DNA of 64,000 nucleotides from Podarcis melisellensis (taxonomy: Eukaryota): the NCBI GenBank assembly GCA_964234715.1, contig OZ174276.1; one strand, written 5' to 3'. Positions 25,830 through 40,400 of the stretch are shown piece after piece. Each line of letters begins with the position of its first letter. Within the stretch, counting starts at the first letter, position 1. The translations under genes were made by a program, and so were the position numbers. Below the pieces are notes generated by a model. That model was not told the origin of the DNA. It worked only from the letters and a program-made list of their open reading frames with translations, and made no database searches.

Positions 25830-25960
25830 ACAAGGGTGGGGAAACTTGGGACCCTCCAAATACCATTGGGCTCCCAACAGCCCCAAACAGCAAAGATACT
25901 AGTCAAGGATGATGAGAGTTCCAACCACATCTGGAGGGCCAGATGTTTCCTGTCCTTGGA
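25830..25960. mobile_element. Non-autonomous hAT-like MITE (~130 bp)
   Basis: Belongs to the family with core agatgtt...ggactacaactcccatca...gatgggagttgtagt...aacatctggaggg. Related copies at ~28600-28730, 29465-29610, 35230-35335, 41715-41825, 47120-47245, 47270-47375 and 51180-51245. Confidence 0.65.
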
Positions 25961-27664
25961 CTATGGATATGGAGTGGCTTTGAAAGCGGGTATGATGAGG
26001 GATTGGTCATCTTGCCCTAACAAGCTTGGGATGCTATGTGATGGCTAGTACCTAGAAACAGGAAATAGCATGCTAATTGAGGACAGGATGCTGGACAGAC
26101 TGTATCAGTTTTGAGATGATTATCCGTGATTCATCACACACAAACTATTTGTGAGCCGAAGAAGGCTTCAGGCATCACAAAGAGAATGGCAGCTGCTTTG
26201 TGCTGCTTGCCTCCTGTACTTCTCAGTCCCATTCATGATAGAGCTTCCACATTTCCTCTCATCAAGAGTCACACAAGATCCTAATGTGGAGACCACTTGT
26301 GCAACTTCCTCTGGAAGAGATAGATGTATTTTGGTTGTTGATGGACAAACACAGACAGGAAGCCCAAATAGGAAAGGCTGCTTCATCCCCATGCCTGGAA
26401 CCACGTTAAGGTCCATGGAACTACAGTTATCATGGGTGATACGATCCCATGGATACATTCTGGGACATGATACGCAAGATGCATTTGTGGGATTTTTCTG
26501 CCTCTAGTGCCAAAATAACTGGCCTTGCGCACCATGTACATTGACTTGTGGGGCAGTCATTTGCTGATCATTCTTAGGCAGCAAAAAAAGCTGAGCTGGT
26601 CAGGAGCGTTGTGTCTAGAAGGGCTGGCCAGACAAAGCTTTATGATGCTGTCAAGGATAACTTGCGGGGCTGGTCTTCTATCTGTGGTGGTACTGCACTG
26701 ATGGTTAAAATGATACTCGGCAATAAATCCTATCCCATGCTTGCTTGAACTATTTACTCAGCGGTAAATTCCACTGAATCCTGCGGAACTTAAAATGTGG
26801 TTAGGATTTGGATAGAACTTGGAGCTATAGAATTAAGCAAAGATTAGTCTTGAGTCTTGTATAGGACGCACTGTTTCATAAACTGGATGCAACATGAAAA
26901 AAGGATTCGTAGTGGATATTTATAATGCCTGTGTCACTATCTGTCTCCTATTGGGGATAATGTTGGCCTACCTCAGGGCTTTTAGGATTACTTTGATGCA
27001 TGTGAAATAGTTTGAACATTGGAAGTGTGACATAAATGCTAATTTCATATTTCTGTGTGTCTGTTCAGGTGCCCACCTAGGTATACCAGGTGTTTGCAGG
27101 AGAGGGTGGGGGCTGCGCCCTTGTCATCTTCTGTGACAATCATCTTCAGCTCAACTGTAAAACCTCCTTGTGCTTCAGATTGTTGCTCCCTACTTGGCTG
27201 TAGGCATTGCTGACCCCTCTTCAGGAAAAGCAAGATGAGAGGATTAGCTGTTCTGCATCTGATCAGACCTGTTCTTCTGGGCAGCTGCCATTTGTTGATA
27301 TAGATGAGCAAGCAAGCCCAGATAAAAACTTATTACCTTTATAAAAGGTAATACAAATAGCCACAGTCTACTCTATAGAAGACTTCCCTGTCTTTCCCAT
27401 GGCAGTGCCAAAATCTTACCCCATTCCTGCACCTCAGTGTCCCTTGACCAGTTCCTAATGCAATCTGTCCACTTCCTGTTTTCCTTGTAAACAAGTGCTG
27501 CTGCTTTTAGCAACATTGCAACACCAGAAATGTAGCCAGCTTGGCTCTGCATATGCTGGACTTCCTAGTTATAAGCTGCTTTGGGTTTTTGCTTTTAAGC
27601 TATTAATCCGTGGTGGTGCCGTAAACCTAAGTTTGGACACAACACCCGCTTTGGTGGTTCTGTA

Positions 27665-27885
27665 AGTACGGAAAAGGGAGCTGCTGGATCAGCCAATGGC
27701 CTCCTGATCTGTCAGTGGCCACCCAGATGCCTGTGGGAAACCTACAAGCAGGACAAGAGCACAAGAGCCTTCTCCTCTCCTGCAACTTCAGAAGCATTCC
27801 TGCCTCTGTGGAGGCAGAGCCCAGTCATTATGGCTAGTAGCCTTTGATGGCCTTCCTCTCAATGCATTTGTCAAATGTTCCTATC
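27665..27885 (-). mobile_element. CR1 LINE 3' end fragment
   Basis: ctgctggatcagccaatggcc...cagtggcc..cagatgcctgtgggaa...atggctagtagcc..tgatggccttcctctc matches the antisense lizard CR1 3'UTR pattern as I recall it. Confidence 0.65.
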
Positions 27886-30800
27886 ACTCCTAAGCAGGCT
27901 ACACTGCATAGAAGAGACTGCCTTACACCAAGTCAGACCACTTGCCCATCTCGCTCAGTGCCAGCTGTGGCTCTCCTTGCCCTGCTTAGAGATCCCAGGG
28001 ATGAAACCTGGACCTTCTGCATGCACCAGCACACCTACGCATGTGTGCCTCCCTCTACAACCGCGTGACCCAGTTCATTCACAGATACATGAGGTCCTTT
28101 CATAGGAGCTGCTTATGATGCAGAACCAGCCCACACAATTTGGCCAAGTCATTTCTCTGGCTGGCTGCCATCAAGTCCAATGAGTGTGTGAAGGAAACTT
28201 TTTGAGAACTAGGTTATCATGATGGAGTTAGTTCTGTGGAAGGGCACCCTCTTTTGGTTTGGGCCTCGCACTGTTGCATTCCTAGTTGATATTTCAAGGT
28301 TGTATTTGCCAGCTTTTAGCTGTAGTCCATTTAGGGTATGGTATGAGAATGCAAGACGTCAGGGTGTGACTTGGAGAGAGAGCACATTCTTGGCAGGAGC
28401 ATATTATGACTACCTCTTGTTTGGAATCCTCCTCCTCCTGTGTCTCTCAGCAAACTTGCCACTGAGTCTAGCTTAGGCACCATCTAGGCCTTCATTGACT
28501 TAACCACAAGCAGTCCATAATAGCTTGCTAAAGCAATGAGGATATAAGGATACACAATACACATGTATATGACAGCCTGAGATCACAATCAGATAGCAAG
28601 CATGGCCATCCTCTGGACATGTGGTCCTCTCAGATCTTCCAGATCCCATCAGCCTCAGCCAGAATGGCCATTGGCCAGGGGTGGTGAGAATTGTACTCCA
28701 GCAACATCGGGAGAGCTTCTTCACCCTTGCTCTGACCTGACTTGAAGCAATGGGTTCCCTTATGATCGTAGATTGTGGCCTCTGCAAAAGAGGGAACAAT
28801 TAAAGGGATTTGAAAACATGTGGAAAGCATGCCGCAATGTAGAGAGTGTGCACTTTGTAGGACTGTGAAGTAACTGTGGTAAAGAGGAACTTTTCAAGTT
28901 GTAATCACTAGTCCACAGCAGCAACGCATAGTTATTTCCCTTTCTGTAACCCTCTTGAGGTGTCGCTTGTCTGAAGGGGGTAAATGCAGTGAAAGGGGCA
29001 GAGGTGTTCAGCACCCAACATTATGCAGCTCCTTCTACTCCTACTGTTGTCTGAACTTTGGAGGTGGGGAGCCTGCCCTGGGCCATGAAAGGCTTTGACG
29101 ATGAGCTGCCTTGCACAGGCTGGAGGACTTGCCCACCCCCTCTGCAAAACATCAAGTAGATTTCTGCATGGCCTGCCACTAATCCAAAGCAATTTGTCTA
29201 TCCTGCCCTCCTCCTCCATTTTGAATAGGAGCTCCAACGCAAATCCCACTGCAAGCTATTTATTTTCATGGTACAGAAGCTGCCTCTCAGGTCCTGGAGA
29301 AACCCCGTGAAAAGATAATTTTTTCTCCATAGCTATCCACCCTTTCCCTTATAACTCATTACCAGACTCTTGACTTGCTTCTTATTGTTTTATGAATCTC
29401 AACCAACCGTAACTAATTTTAAGGGGTGGGTGTGGAAATGATATTATTGTTCCTGTTGTTTAATCCAAGGATGGAGGAGCCATGGTCCTTCAGATGTTGT
29501 TGAGCTTCAGCTCCAATCAGTCCCAGCCAGCAAGGCCAATGAGAAGGGATGTTGGGATTTGTCATCTGGCAACATCTGGGGGGGGGGGCAGACACAGCTT
29601 CCCCATCCCTATTTTAAGTGTTCTTTCTTGGGGACATTAACACTCTTTCTCACGCACATCCCCAGAGTTAGTAAGCCATAGTAAACATGTATATTGTGTG
29701 ATTATAAAAGCAGGAGTGGAAGGTTCAGAAGCCTTTGGCACCAATAGGAACAAACATTTCTACTGAATTTCACATGCATCAGTATTTGAGAGGGATTTTC
29801 CAGGCATTGTCATCCTTGCCCTGCCTTGTGGATTTTAATCTCTATGGTTTAAATTAATAATTAATTTATTTCAATAGGTCAACGGTTGCTTGGCACTGCT
29901 CAACCAGTTGAACCACTTATTTCTAGACTACCACCTGTCTACAGTTGGTTGTGAGTCTTCTCTCCCCCCCCCTTCATAATTATGACTACAATAAAGGGGA
30001 AACAATTGCCAGTGCTTTTCTGCACAAGTGTTTTGCTGTCTTGAGTATGAATCTTGGCAACCTAGGGTCCCTTTCTGATATATCAGGTTTATATCCCCCT
30101 CCTCCATTTTTTTGCAGTAGGTTTCTCCCCAGAGAAGAGCTGGTGTGTTAATATTGAATCTTCCTTGTATGTGCAATGCAAGGTGGCTTCACACACGATT
30201 TTTCAGAAGGGAGTTGGTTGTGGGTTATGTTTTAATGCCCAAGTGTTCCAGCTGTATTGAGTGTCATGTCATCGAGTGTTAACCCTTCCTAACAGTAGCA
30301 TCTATCCCCCCCCCCCCGCCGTAAGTCAAATCTTACACAAGGAGCTGGGCAGCTCATGGTTTTCTCTAGCCCACCAAGTGGGAAAGGTATGACTGAGCTG
30401 GCCTTGGTTGCAAGCCCAAGCAAGATACCTGTTCAGAGAAGCTAAGGAGAAGCTTTGGTCGTTGGCTAGGCCTCCTTAGGGAGTCATCCTACATGACATA
30501 TAAGAATGCTTTGAGCTGATGAGGTGAATGAGGGGCAATCCTGCATTTGCACAACTGGGTGCTGTTCATCAAAATGCAGAAGACTCAAAGCTGGATATCT
30601 AAATGGAAAACCACCTGGGGAAGTGAAAGCAGGCAGGGAGGCACCAGAAGCGCTGAGCCCTGTTTTCTGCCAGCTTCCAGCTGCCTAGCCAGAGATCCGG
30701 TACAGCCTTATCTGACAGCAAAGAGGGACTGTTTGCTCTGCAAATAGAATAAACCAGCTAAGTGTCAAAATGAGGGTCCAAGGATCATGTGGAGTGTTGG

Positions 30801-33800
30801 AGTAGATGTACAGATGCCAATGGGAAATCTGGCCTGTATGCCTGTTTGCAATAATTTTAAAGGAGACAAAAATATATTTCCTCCATCCTTATTTTCTCCA
30901 TGCACTGGAGCCAACTCCAGGGGGCCATGGCTGCTTCAACACCCACAACAGTATACTTGTGGGGCTGGGCCACCACAAAGTCAATGGGCAAAGTGCAGCC
31001 CTTTGTTTCGGGCACCCACAATCTTTGGCGCGAGATGGCATCTATGTCTCCATTCATGCACCCAAGGGGTGGTCTACTTCAGTATTAACTTACTGTACAT
31101 GCCCAAATTCTTGCACATGAGCTGTAAGCTGCCAAAGTGCCAAGTGGTCCCTTTAGTGACATGCAGGAATGAAGCATTTTAAGAACTTTGCTGTGAACAT
31201 GAACACAGAAGAGCCAAGCAAGCTATGCTAGGCTGCCAGTCGGAGTCGGAGCCTCCTCACTGGTCTGCGCCCTGCCAATACAAGGTCCTCAGGATTGTGT
31301 TGTGTATACATTACACAGCAGCAAACACAGGATTACCCAGCAAGTGAGGCATCCAATTGGAACCAATGTCAGGCCTGTGGGACACAGCCTACAAGGACAT
31401 GCTCGTTCCATTTGCACATGATATTCTAGGCATGTGTCTAGAGATACATAATGTGTGAGGAAGCCTAGACTTCCTGAGGAATGTTTTCTTGAGGCTTAAA
31501 ACATTTTCTAATTGGAGGTTGAAGAATTTATTGGTGCGTGCATTTGCTACTCAAAAGCTGGAGTGTTAAGCATTATTCTTCAGCAGAGTGTTCCTATTCC
31601 GTGAGTGTTCAGAGAAGTGGAGAACCTTTTCTCAACATTACCTCATAGGCCATCTTCCAGGGGCTGTGTACCAGTGGTGGGTGTGGCCAAAGCGAGTGTG
31701 TTCACACACACACACCTCTCTTCATCCTCCATCCAGGCAAATGAGGGATCGCCACAGATTAAGGGCACATTCTGGGCAGGTAAAATCACAAGCTTGTCTG
31801 ATGGGACAATTCCCCTCCCCCATGTGCTGTTCTGGGGGTTCTCCCACCTCCATTTCAGGATGGGGGGGGAGCCCCACTGTGCTAGCAGATGTCCTTACAC
31901 AGGGCTTCTGTTGATGGGATGCATTAGGTGAATCCTTCCCAGAGAGTCCGCTCTTGCCCCTGTAGATGTGTCGTGACTCATGACTCCCCTGTGTGTAGAC
32001 TTACTTGCTGCACAAACACTTATACTATTTTCTAACTGGAAGAGAGCTGTGGTCCTTGGGGGAGCCTAGCAGCAGAGGCTGTGGCACTTATTCGCAGCTG
32101 GAGCCTACTAAGGTCAGGTGGACTGCTATTCAGGTTTCATACCAAGCATACTAAAAACATTGAATGGTGAAATGAATCCACCTCTGTGCTTGAGGGAATC
32201 ACCCCCTGACTCCACTGCCTACATTCCAAGGTCCTTGAAATCATAAGCTGGCACCCCGCACTGGAGGCAAGAACAGAATGAGGAAGTGGGCAAGGCTGCA
32301 TTGGAAGAAGGGTGCGACAGAAGAGGAGGGGAACATTTCACCCTCCCCCCTCTTTTTTTGCAAAGGCTGCATGAATGTACGCTGTTGGAGGACGGCCTGC
32401 TGGCTCCTGTGGCTCTCTGAGCTTGCCTGGCGCACAAAGGGAGAGAGGAGCGCCCCAGAGGTCTATGGTGTACATTTGGCTAAAAGCTTGTAGCAACAGC
32501 CCTAGAGACTGTTTCCAATACACTCTGAGCAGATGGATCGGAGAAAGGGCAATTAGGCTATAATTCTCTGCTTAATTGTATGCCTTGCGCTTTTCCACTG
32601 TAAGGTAGGGGGAGGGAGGCGAGAGCAGCTGAGGGAGCCAAGCTGAGCGCTTAGAAAGGAGTTTGCCTTTGCCCAAACACACAATAATCCCTCTGACCCA
32701 GCTCCCTCCCACTTCATACAAACTGAACTCGACTCCACTTGCCAAATTATTTACTCCAGGGTTGGTTGGTTTTCTTGTTGCAAATGCTCGACTCCCAGGA
32801 TGTGTGTGTTTTCCCTCCTCCAGTCTCCTAACATTTCATAGCAATTAAAGGAGCAAAGTTCAGCATTGCATGCAAAAGGTAAAAAAGAAGCTGCTATAGG
32901 GCAGGAAAGAGGTGGGGGAAGCACTCCCTCCCCCTGTGGGATCAATTGCAGGGCGAGTTCTAAAAGGCCAGGGACATTTAGCTTCCCGAAAGCATGATTG
33001 ATGTATATAGTCTGTAGGGGGAAAGGCTTTTGGCCTCGGCTGTATGTGTAGAAATGTTCAAGTCCTGCCTGCCTCCAACCCACTCAGAGTAACCTGATGC
33101 AGCAGTGAACAGGCCTCCATCCCTCCCTTGTTGCCCTGGACGCCTTTCATAGCTGCTGGAATTCCACACACAGCAAGTCACGTTAGAGGGAGAACCCTTC
33201 TCCCCACAGAAATTCCCTCCTCTGCCCATCTGCTGAAGGCACAGGGTCCCCATCGTTCTCTGCACATGCCCACTTTCAACTCAGAACCTGTTGTTAGTAC
33301 TTGGCTGCATAAGGACATTGTGGGCCTAGCTGTCACGGCCTCTGGGTGGGACAAGATTTTCAGCTGGTGCAGAATCCTGCTGCCTTCCTATTGGAGGGTT
33401 GGGTGGCCCCAGCTGCACTCTTGGACACTTTGCCGCCTCATCACTTTCCTAACAGCAAAAAAGTGGTTGGTTGATTTTCTAAAGCAGATTTGTTGCACTA
33501 GGCAACAGAGCACTTTAATCACCTTACCCAGGGAGAGATAAAAATCCATTTTTCCCTTTTACCAGACACTAGATGTCTGTGTTCTATAGAAGAAGTGTGG
33601 TGGTATTGTTCTTCTCATGACTCTGTAGTGATATATATCGTGTTCTGTCTTCGATATGAGTAAGGATCAGGAGTTCAAATGGTTGTTCATTTGATATTTC
33701 TAATATATAAGCCAAGAATGTGGAACAAGCATTGGGCAAGGGATCACATCATGAGGATACAGTGTGCTCCAAAAGCGATGGCTGGAGGTTATTGCCTTGC

Positions 33801-34134
33801 CTAGCTATTGCCTTGGGTATCCTGACTGGATGTGACTCTGATGTCCTCATGACTGACATTGTGCAGCCGCTACTATCTTCTGTAGCATCTGCCAGAGTCT
33901 GTGGAAACTGCTGTCAATGCAGAATGGAGGAAGAACCCCTGGGGTCCTAACTAAGGCAAACACAGGGATGTCTGCTCCTTCTCAATTGCCCTTTGTGGAG
34001 AAATGCGCTTCTTAAGTTTTGTAAGGGGCGAGGAAAGCAGGGAAAGGTTCTGCTGCCCCCCCCCCATGATGAGGGTTTAGGACCCATTTGTCTGTCCTCA
34101 ACTCCCAAACTACTGGGAGGTAGGGATCAGTAGG

Positions 34135-34470
34135 TGAACCGAAACACAGCCACCTGTCAAAATTCACACTTCTGCGCATTTTGCAGGCAACTAGTGTTTA
34201 CAAAACGAACGTACTAGGGTAAAGTATGACTATAAAGTACATAAATTAATCAAAATAACATGAAAAATGTATTACATCAGAGAAAATTGCTTTGCAAAAA
34301 AAAGTGCAGATTGGGTAAAATATTATACAAAAATGTGTATGTTATGAGAAATTTGCACTAAAATGCAAAAGAGGGTTTAAAATAATAACAATAATTGCAA
34401 ACTAATGTTAAAGTGTGCAGAACTGAACTCGAGAGTAACTGGGAGAAACTGATATGGACAGAATCATTCT
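34135..34470. mobile_element. AT-rich dispersed non-autonomous DNA element, inverted relative to the copy at ~55430-55860
   Basis: gaaacacagcca, aaattgctttgc and aaatttgcactaaa here are reverse complements of tggctgtgtttc, caaagcaattt and tttagtgcaaatt at 55.4-55.8 kb. Confidence 0.65.
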
Positions 34471-37400
34471 TCCCTATGGGAGAAATGCAAAATGCCACAA
34501 GTGTTGGGCTGACCCACTCCAAGATAGCTTGGATGACGAATACCCAGCAGGTTTGCAAAGGGTCCATACTTTGACCCAACCCCCATTTCTGTTGTGCAAG
34601 GAGGTTGCTGGCAAGAGAGCCTGCTGCCGTGCTGTTGACTGTGCCAGGCATGCTTGGGCAATGCCTCGCTCCCCAGGGTGCAGCTTTTTAGCCTGCCTGT
34701 CTCCCTTCTCCTCCTCCCCTGGCTGGCATAGGTGTGCCCTGCTGATAGAAAGCCCTGCCAGGCAGGAGAGGAATCAGGGGAACACCCTGCTTTTCATGCC
34801 TTCTGCTGTGAAGGAGGAACGAGTTGAGAGGAATGAGTATGCCAATATGCAAAAGGTGGTGCCCTGCACTGCCAGCTCATGCACTTTAATCTCGATTTCC
34901 ATCCTTTTGTGGGCTTGTAGAAACCTGAAGTTCCACATGAAATTAAGAGCTTCAGATTCCATTTTAAAAATGCTTTTGGTTCTCACAGATACAGAGAAAA
35001 AGGATTAAAAGTGGGATTAAAAGCAAGTGACCTAAATGCTCAGAACACAAAATGCACTTTAAAAAAAAAAAAAACCTTTATCCATTTTATTCTTAAAGAT
35101 AATCATCTGAATTTTTAAAAAGCCATTTCATTTATACAGACAGACAAACAGAGAGGGAGAGAGGAATGATGGCTAGGAGATAAGACTGTAGATCTTTTGC
35201 TTGGAGCGGTGGCAGAATGAAGTGAGGTATTATGGGACACATCACCCATCCCCAACGTGGTGCCCATGCTGGCTGAGGCTGATGAGATTTGTAGTCCAAA
35301 ACTCCAGGACGGCAAGAGTTTGAGGAAGGCTGGAATACATTGAAAATGGTAGAGCAGGTTAATATAGTAAAAGGAAGAGGACTAGTCTTTATTTCCATTT
35401 TTAAATTTTAGATTCTATGGGGTGTTTTTTAAAATATTATTTGGGGAGAGATTCTCCAACATCAGTTTGGTCAGGTGGGGAGAAACGGCATTGCATCCTG
35501 CCCCTTCTGTGCCCCCCTGTTTGCAAATGTCTCCCCCTGTGCTCTGCTTCTCGTTCCTAAGCCCCATCTGGCAGCATGCATTCTCATTCATGCGCACAAG
35601 GCAGGCCTGGCAAAATAAGCTTGTGGCGATTCAGCATTTGCATGGTTTCCCTGAAATGCTGATTCAGCCCATGTGGAGGAAAGGGGGGAAAGGTGGTGAG
35701 AAACATGCCATTCTGCTGGATCGTCATTCCTCTGCTTTGTCTTTGTGCTGCGATGGGTGAAGGGCAGGCAGATGAACCTCTCCAGGGCAAATGCTCGCCT
35801 CTTGCGCAGAGGGGCAGGGCATGTGACACACATACCAGCTCCGCAGGCATGTCCTTCCTAATCAAGAACAGCTTGTTGCATTATCCGCCCCCTGACCACC
35901 CCTTGACGTTGCCTCTAAGATGGTTTGCTGCTTAAATTTAACCGAAGGCGGGTTTGAGATCACACGGGCCACCTGCAGACAGTAGGTAGCATCACATATG
36001 TGCAGTTCTCATTTGTGTTGCAAAGGGCTCTGTTGCTGTTTTGAGGCGGGGTTTGGTCACATACCAACAAATTCAGGCAGTGCGATTCTAGTTGATTGGG
36101 AGGTCTTGCACAAACGACTCTCCTTCCCAAAATATCAGACTTCTTGCAATAAGGGAAATGGCAGAGAAGTGCGCTAGAAATGCAGTGCCCCTAATCTCCA
36201 GGATGAATGACAAGTAGTTAGCTTCATCTGCTCCTCTGCAAGTAAGTCAGGATGGGTGCTCAATAACATGAGTTTGAGAGTGCTCAAGAGTATCCAGGCA
36301 TTTTGTATTAGGACAGCATTTAGATTGCTGAACATCACATTTTCAAAACACTCCAAACCAGAATATTTTGCTGCTAGGAAAGTACTATTCCCATCCACCC
36401 TTCCCCAACCTGGTGCAACCAGTTACAATTGGAAGTGCTGCAGGGAATGTGACTGAACAAGTATCACAAGCACCTATTGGACTGTGCCTGTACCATCACT
36501 GCCTTTGCTTATTTTTAAAGAACTGCTTGAAGGCCGCACAACCCTCAGCTGTATCATGCATATACTGATGTGCTCACATAGTGCAAGCGTCCATGCAAAG
36601 GGCGCCCCCGTTTTAAGCGGGGAGCGGTCATTCCTGGTAAGCATGAGCATGGCTATCCCTACCTTCACAGAAATGGTGGACCAGTTTTGCCTAGCTGCTT
36701 TCTGACACACCCATTTTGTGGAGATGGGATATTATGCTATTGGCAGCAGATCTGGGTTAATATTTAGTATGGGTAGCACTTAAAGATTCTGGATCTGATT
36801 GAGCAAGCGGTCTGATTCTATCAGAAATATATTCCCCAGTGTTCAAAGGCACTCCCCTCCCAATGTAAATGTGCAGATGAGTGCAGCTTCAGTTACACTT
36901 GCATCCTATTCATTTCACTTAGCATATCTCATTGATTTCAGTTGGTGTTTAAGGATAATGATCTTTCTCTGGATTGAGAGAAATCTGTTTCTGGTGGTGG
37001 TGGTGGTTTTGATTATCTTAAAATCTCTATAACTGACCCTGAATCTTTCTTACATTGAGGAATATTACCAGTCCAAACCCACTCAACAAACTGCTAGATG
37101 AGATCATACAAAGAGGAAAAAAATTATTCCACAAAATCATGGAGAAGGTAAGATGATGATTCATTTCATTTCTATACCACTTTATATTTTTAAGAAAAAT
37201 CTCAAAGCGGTTCACTGCACATTAAAACATCAATAAAACAATCCAGAATAACACATTACTGAAGAAAGTCAAATATAAAGTATACAGACAAAGCAACCCA
37301 ATTAACAGAAGCTAAAATATTATCTTAAAAATATCAAAATAAAACATTACAAAGGTCAACTACAGAATACATATTTAACACAAACAAAGTTAACAAAAAA

Positions 37401-40400
37401 ATCTTAGACATTTCAAAGGAAAGCATATCTGTGTGCAATGGCAGGTCCCATGCATGTATGAGTCTTGAGGAAAGCAGGCACCCTTCTTTGCAACATCCAA
37501 ACATCCCCTGATATTCATTTGGGGGCCTGGGAGTTGCAGCATTCCTGCACTTGCTGCAGGAAATGGGGACATGAGAGAGAGCTCAACCAAGGCTAATTGC
37601 CACAATGTGCCCTTCCTCTATTGGCATTTACAATCAGTAGCGGCAAAGACCTCTAGCACAATTGCACCATGTTGACTTCCCATTGGACACTGGTACAGAT
37701 TGCTGCAGAGAGTGACCTTTGTGTATTGCACCAAGCATTTCACCTCTTGATACAGTGTAATGCATATCTCTCCCCCCCCCCCCGCTGCTTCATGAGGTTG
37801 GCCATGCATAAAGTAGATTTATGCAATGAATGTTGGTCCTTTGGAGTGGATGGATCACTGCGCCACCAACCTCAGTCTCCATTCAGCCAGTCCCCACCTG
37901 CATGACTTCTTACTTACAGCCTTTCCATGGGGTGGTCCTGGCTGCCCACCTCCTCCTTCTTAGGCTGTTTTGCCCTTATAGGGCAGGGAGGAAGAGAGTG
38001 CTAAGCTCCGCCTGTCATCTGTGTCGGCTCCATCTCCTGTTGTCCTCCCTGCCCTACCATGCCCAGTGGGCAGCAGATACCACTAAATTAATTTGCATCC
38101 TCCGTGGAAGACTCTCCACAGTAATGCTGGCTATGGTTCTTTCCTTGACGCCTGCACACGGGGGCCATGCTCCATTGTTTGAAGCTGCTATTGCAGCCAT
38201 ACTTGGCTGCCTTCTCTGTGGGCCTTTCCACACTTCACTATTTATAGTGGAATAGCTGCTGAAGGGATTTTTATTTTTTTTAAGCGGGGGATGACATGTT
38301 GCCACAAGATGCCCACATCCTACAGCTAGTATTCCGGAATAATGTTTCCAAACCCCCACTTTTTCTGCTACTGCAAAAAAAGAAAAACAAAATGATGTTT
38401 GTGAAAGATTTAGAAAGGATCCTCAATATTTTCATTTGGGTGGCACGTGTCATCCTGCATCATCTCGCCTTTGGTGTGGAGGGGGTCACTTGGAAGATGC
38501 CTGTTTTGCATCCCTTCCCTCTGGCTGGTGTGAGCTGCTAGGGTGTGAGCTCAGTTCAGAGACAGCTATGGCACTGAGTCAAGTATTGCCCATGACAACA
38601 AAGCTTAGCTGCAGACAAAATCCCACCTCAGTAACCAGGTTAGCCATATCTCAGGCAGACATGTAGCACCTCTTCTAATCTATTCTCCCACTAGATTAGA
38701 ATTTCGGAATACTAGGCATTATATATCCCTCCCCCCCCCAAAAAAAAAGCCACAAAGGGGCTCATAACTCTGGCATTTGCTGATACAAGGGCATGTTAAG
38801 AATGTGATGACAACTAGATAACTTTTCTCACTTTGGGCACAACCCATCATTAGTGTGGAAAGGAAGACCCTCACACTCCCTCTCTTATAGCAACAACGTG
38901 AGCAGTGGTGCGCTCAGATTCACTCTTAAAAACGTTGGCTCAAACAGCAACTTGCCACACCAAGTGTGCAAGGCCCGTGTGTTGCCAAGAAGGACCACAC
39001 CAGCCACCTCAGTGCTTCTGTAGTTACAACTGTTGCTCTTAGTATCGCTACCAAATAGAAAAACAAGAGAGTTCCAGATGCAGGAAGAAAGCCTTGCTGA
39101 AGTGCTGAGCACTGGCATATACATCAGCTTGCGTGAGGCAGAAAGCTGTCTGGAAGGAATGCTAGGAAATGGAGCTAGTCCTGGAGGCTGCAGAGGGCGA
39201 AGGCCTGTGTCTGCTTTTGCGCCTGTTTACTCTGATAACCATGGGTGCAATTCCATCTGTGCCGAGCGCATAGCCTTCTGAGCAGTGTAGATACCAGGTT
39301 GTCACTGGAAGGTTGTGGCCTCTTTGGGGGAGCTATGACACGGAGCAGAATCAAATATCACACTTGAAGGGTCATTCCGGATATTTTTCATGCTCGTACC
39401 CAAATGGAACCCAAATTTAGCGGCACACAGGGGTGGAGTTTGGGTTCCATTTTAGTACCAGCTGACGGCAGTACACCCCATTTGCTGATCAGTGGCCTGT
39501 GTGACTAATGCAGCTCTTTTTGTTGTGTATTAAACTATCCCTAATGACAGAGCCTTGCATCTGGACGAAGTGGTGTGGGGGTAGCAATGTTTGGTGACTA
39601 GAGAGGCATGTATCCAATGCTTCACTTGGACTGGCCTCTTCCTCAGCATCATCATATCCTTGCAGACAAAAGAGCCAGACTGAGGAGGGATGACGTGTGC
39701 CTCTGACGGACAGAGAAAGAACAAGAGACAGAGATGGTTGGTGCACTTCTAACTGGGAGCTCATAGACTCATCCTACTGCCCCAGCAAGAACCTCAAGCG
39801 GTGCAGTCAGCAAATGTACACTTTTCCTGGCACTGACTCATTCCTCTCCCTCCTGGCAGCTGATGAAGGCTTGACTCACTGGAGCGACTCAGTTTCTGAG
39901 GCTAGTCGCGGCTTGCTCTTCCTTTCGCTTTCCCCCTTGCCCGTCCCCCACCCCCTGTCAGATTCTGCCCTTGGTCGGTGTCCCACTGCCTCATTCCAGG
40001 CGGATTCCTTGCGCTTTGCTTGCTCCGCTGAGCAGCCTCTCTCTCAGGCCCAAGAGGGCAAAGGGGGACAAGCAGAGATTAATGGTAAGCTGATTGCTGC
40101 AGCCAGTTAGGGAAATGCTGAGGAGATTGTTTGACCATCATCGCTCCCAGCTGCCGGCCAAGTCACATGACACCAGGCCTTACCAGAGAGCTGAAGGTGG
40201 GATTAGATACGTCAGTGTCAGATCAGAGATGTGGGGATTGACGAGAGCCAGACATGAATGCTTCCATCAACCGGGCTCTTCTGCCTCAGCCTTCCTGCCA
40301 AGGAGTTTTTTGGCCCTGTCCAATGCAGCACACAAACATCCCCGTTCACAAGTCAAGGACACAAACTGTGGTGAAATCACAAAGACTTAAAAGTGCAGAG

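Noticed and set aside
34454-35008. 184-aa ORF, the longest in the track
   Set aside because: No recognisable domain, Cys/Leu/Ser-rich random-like composition, and it starts at the edge of a repeat.
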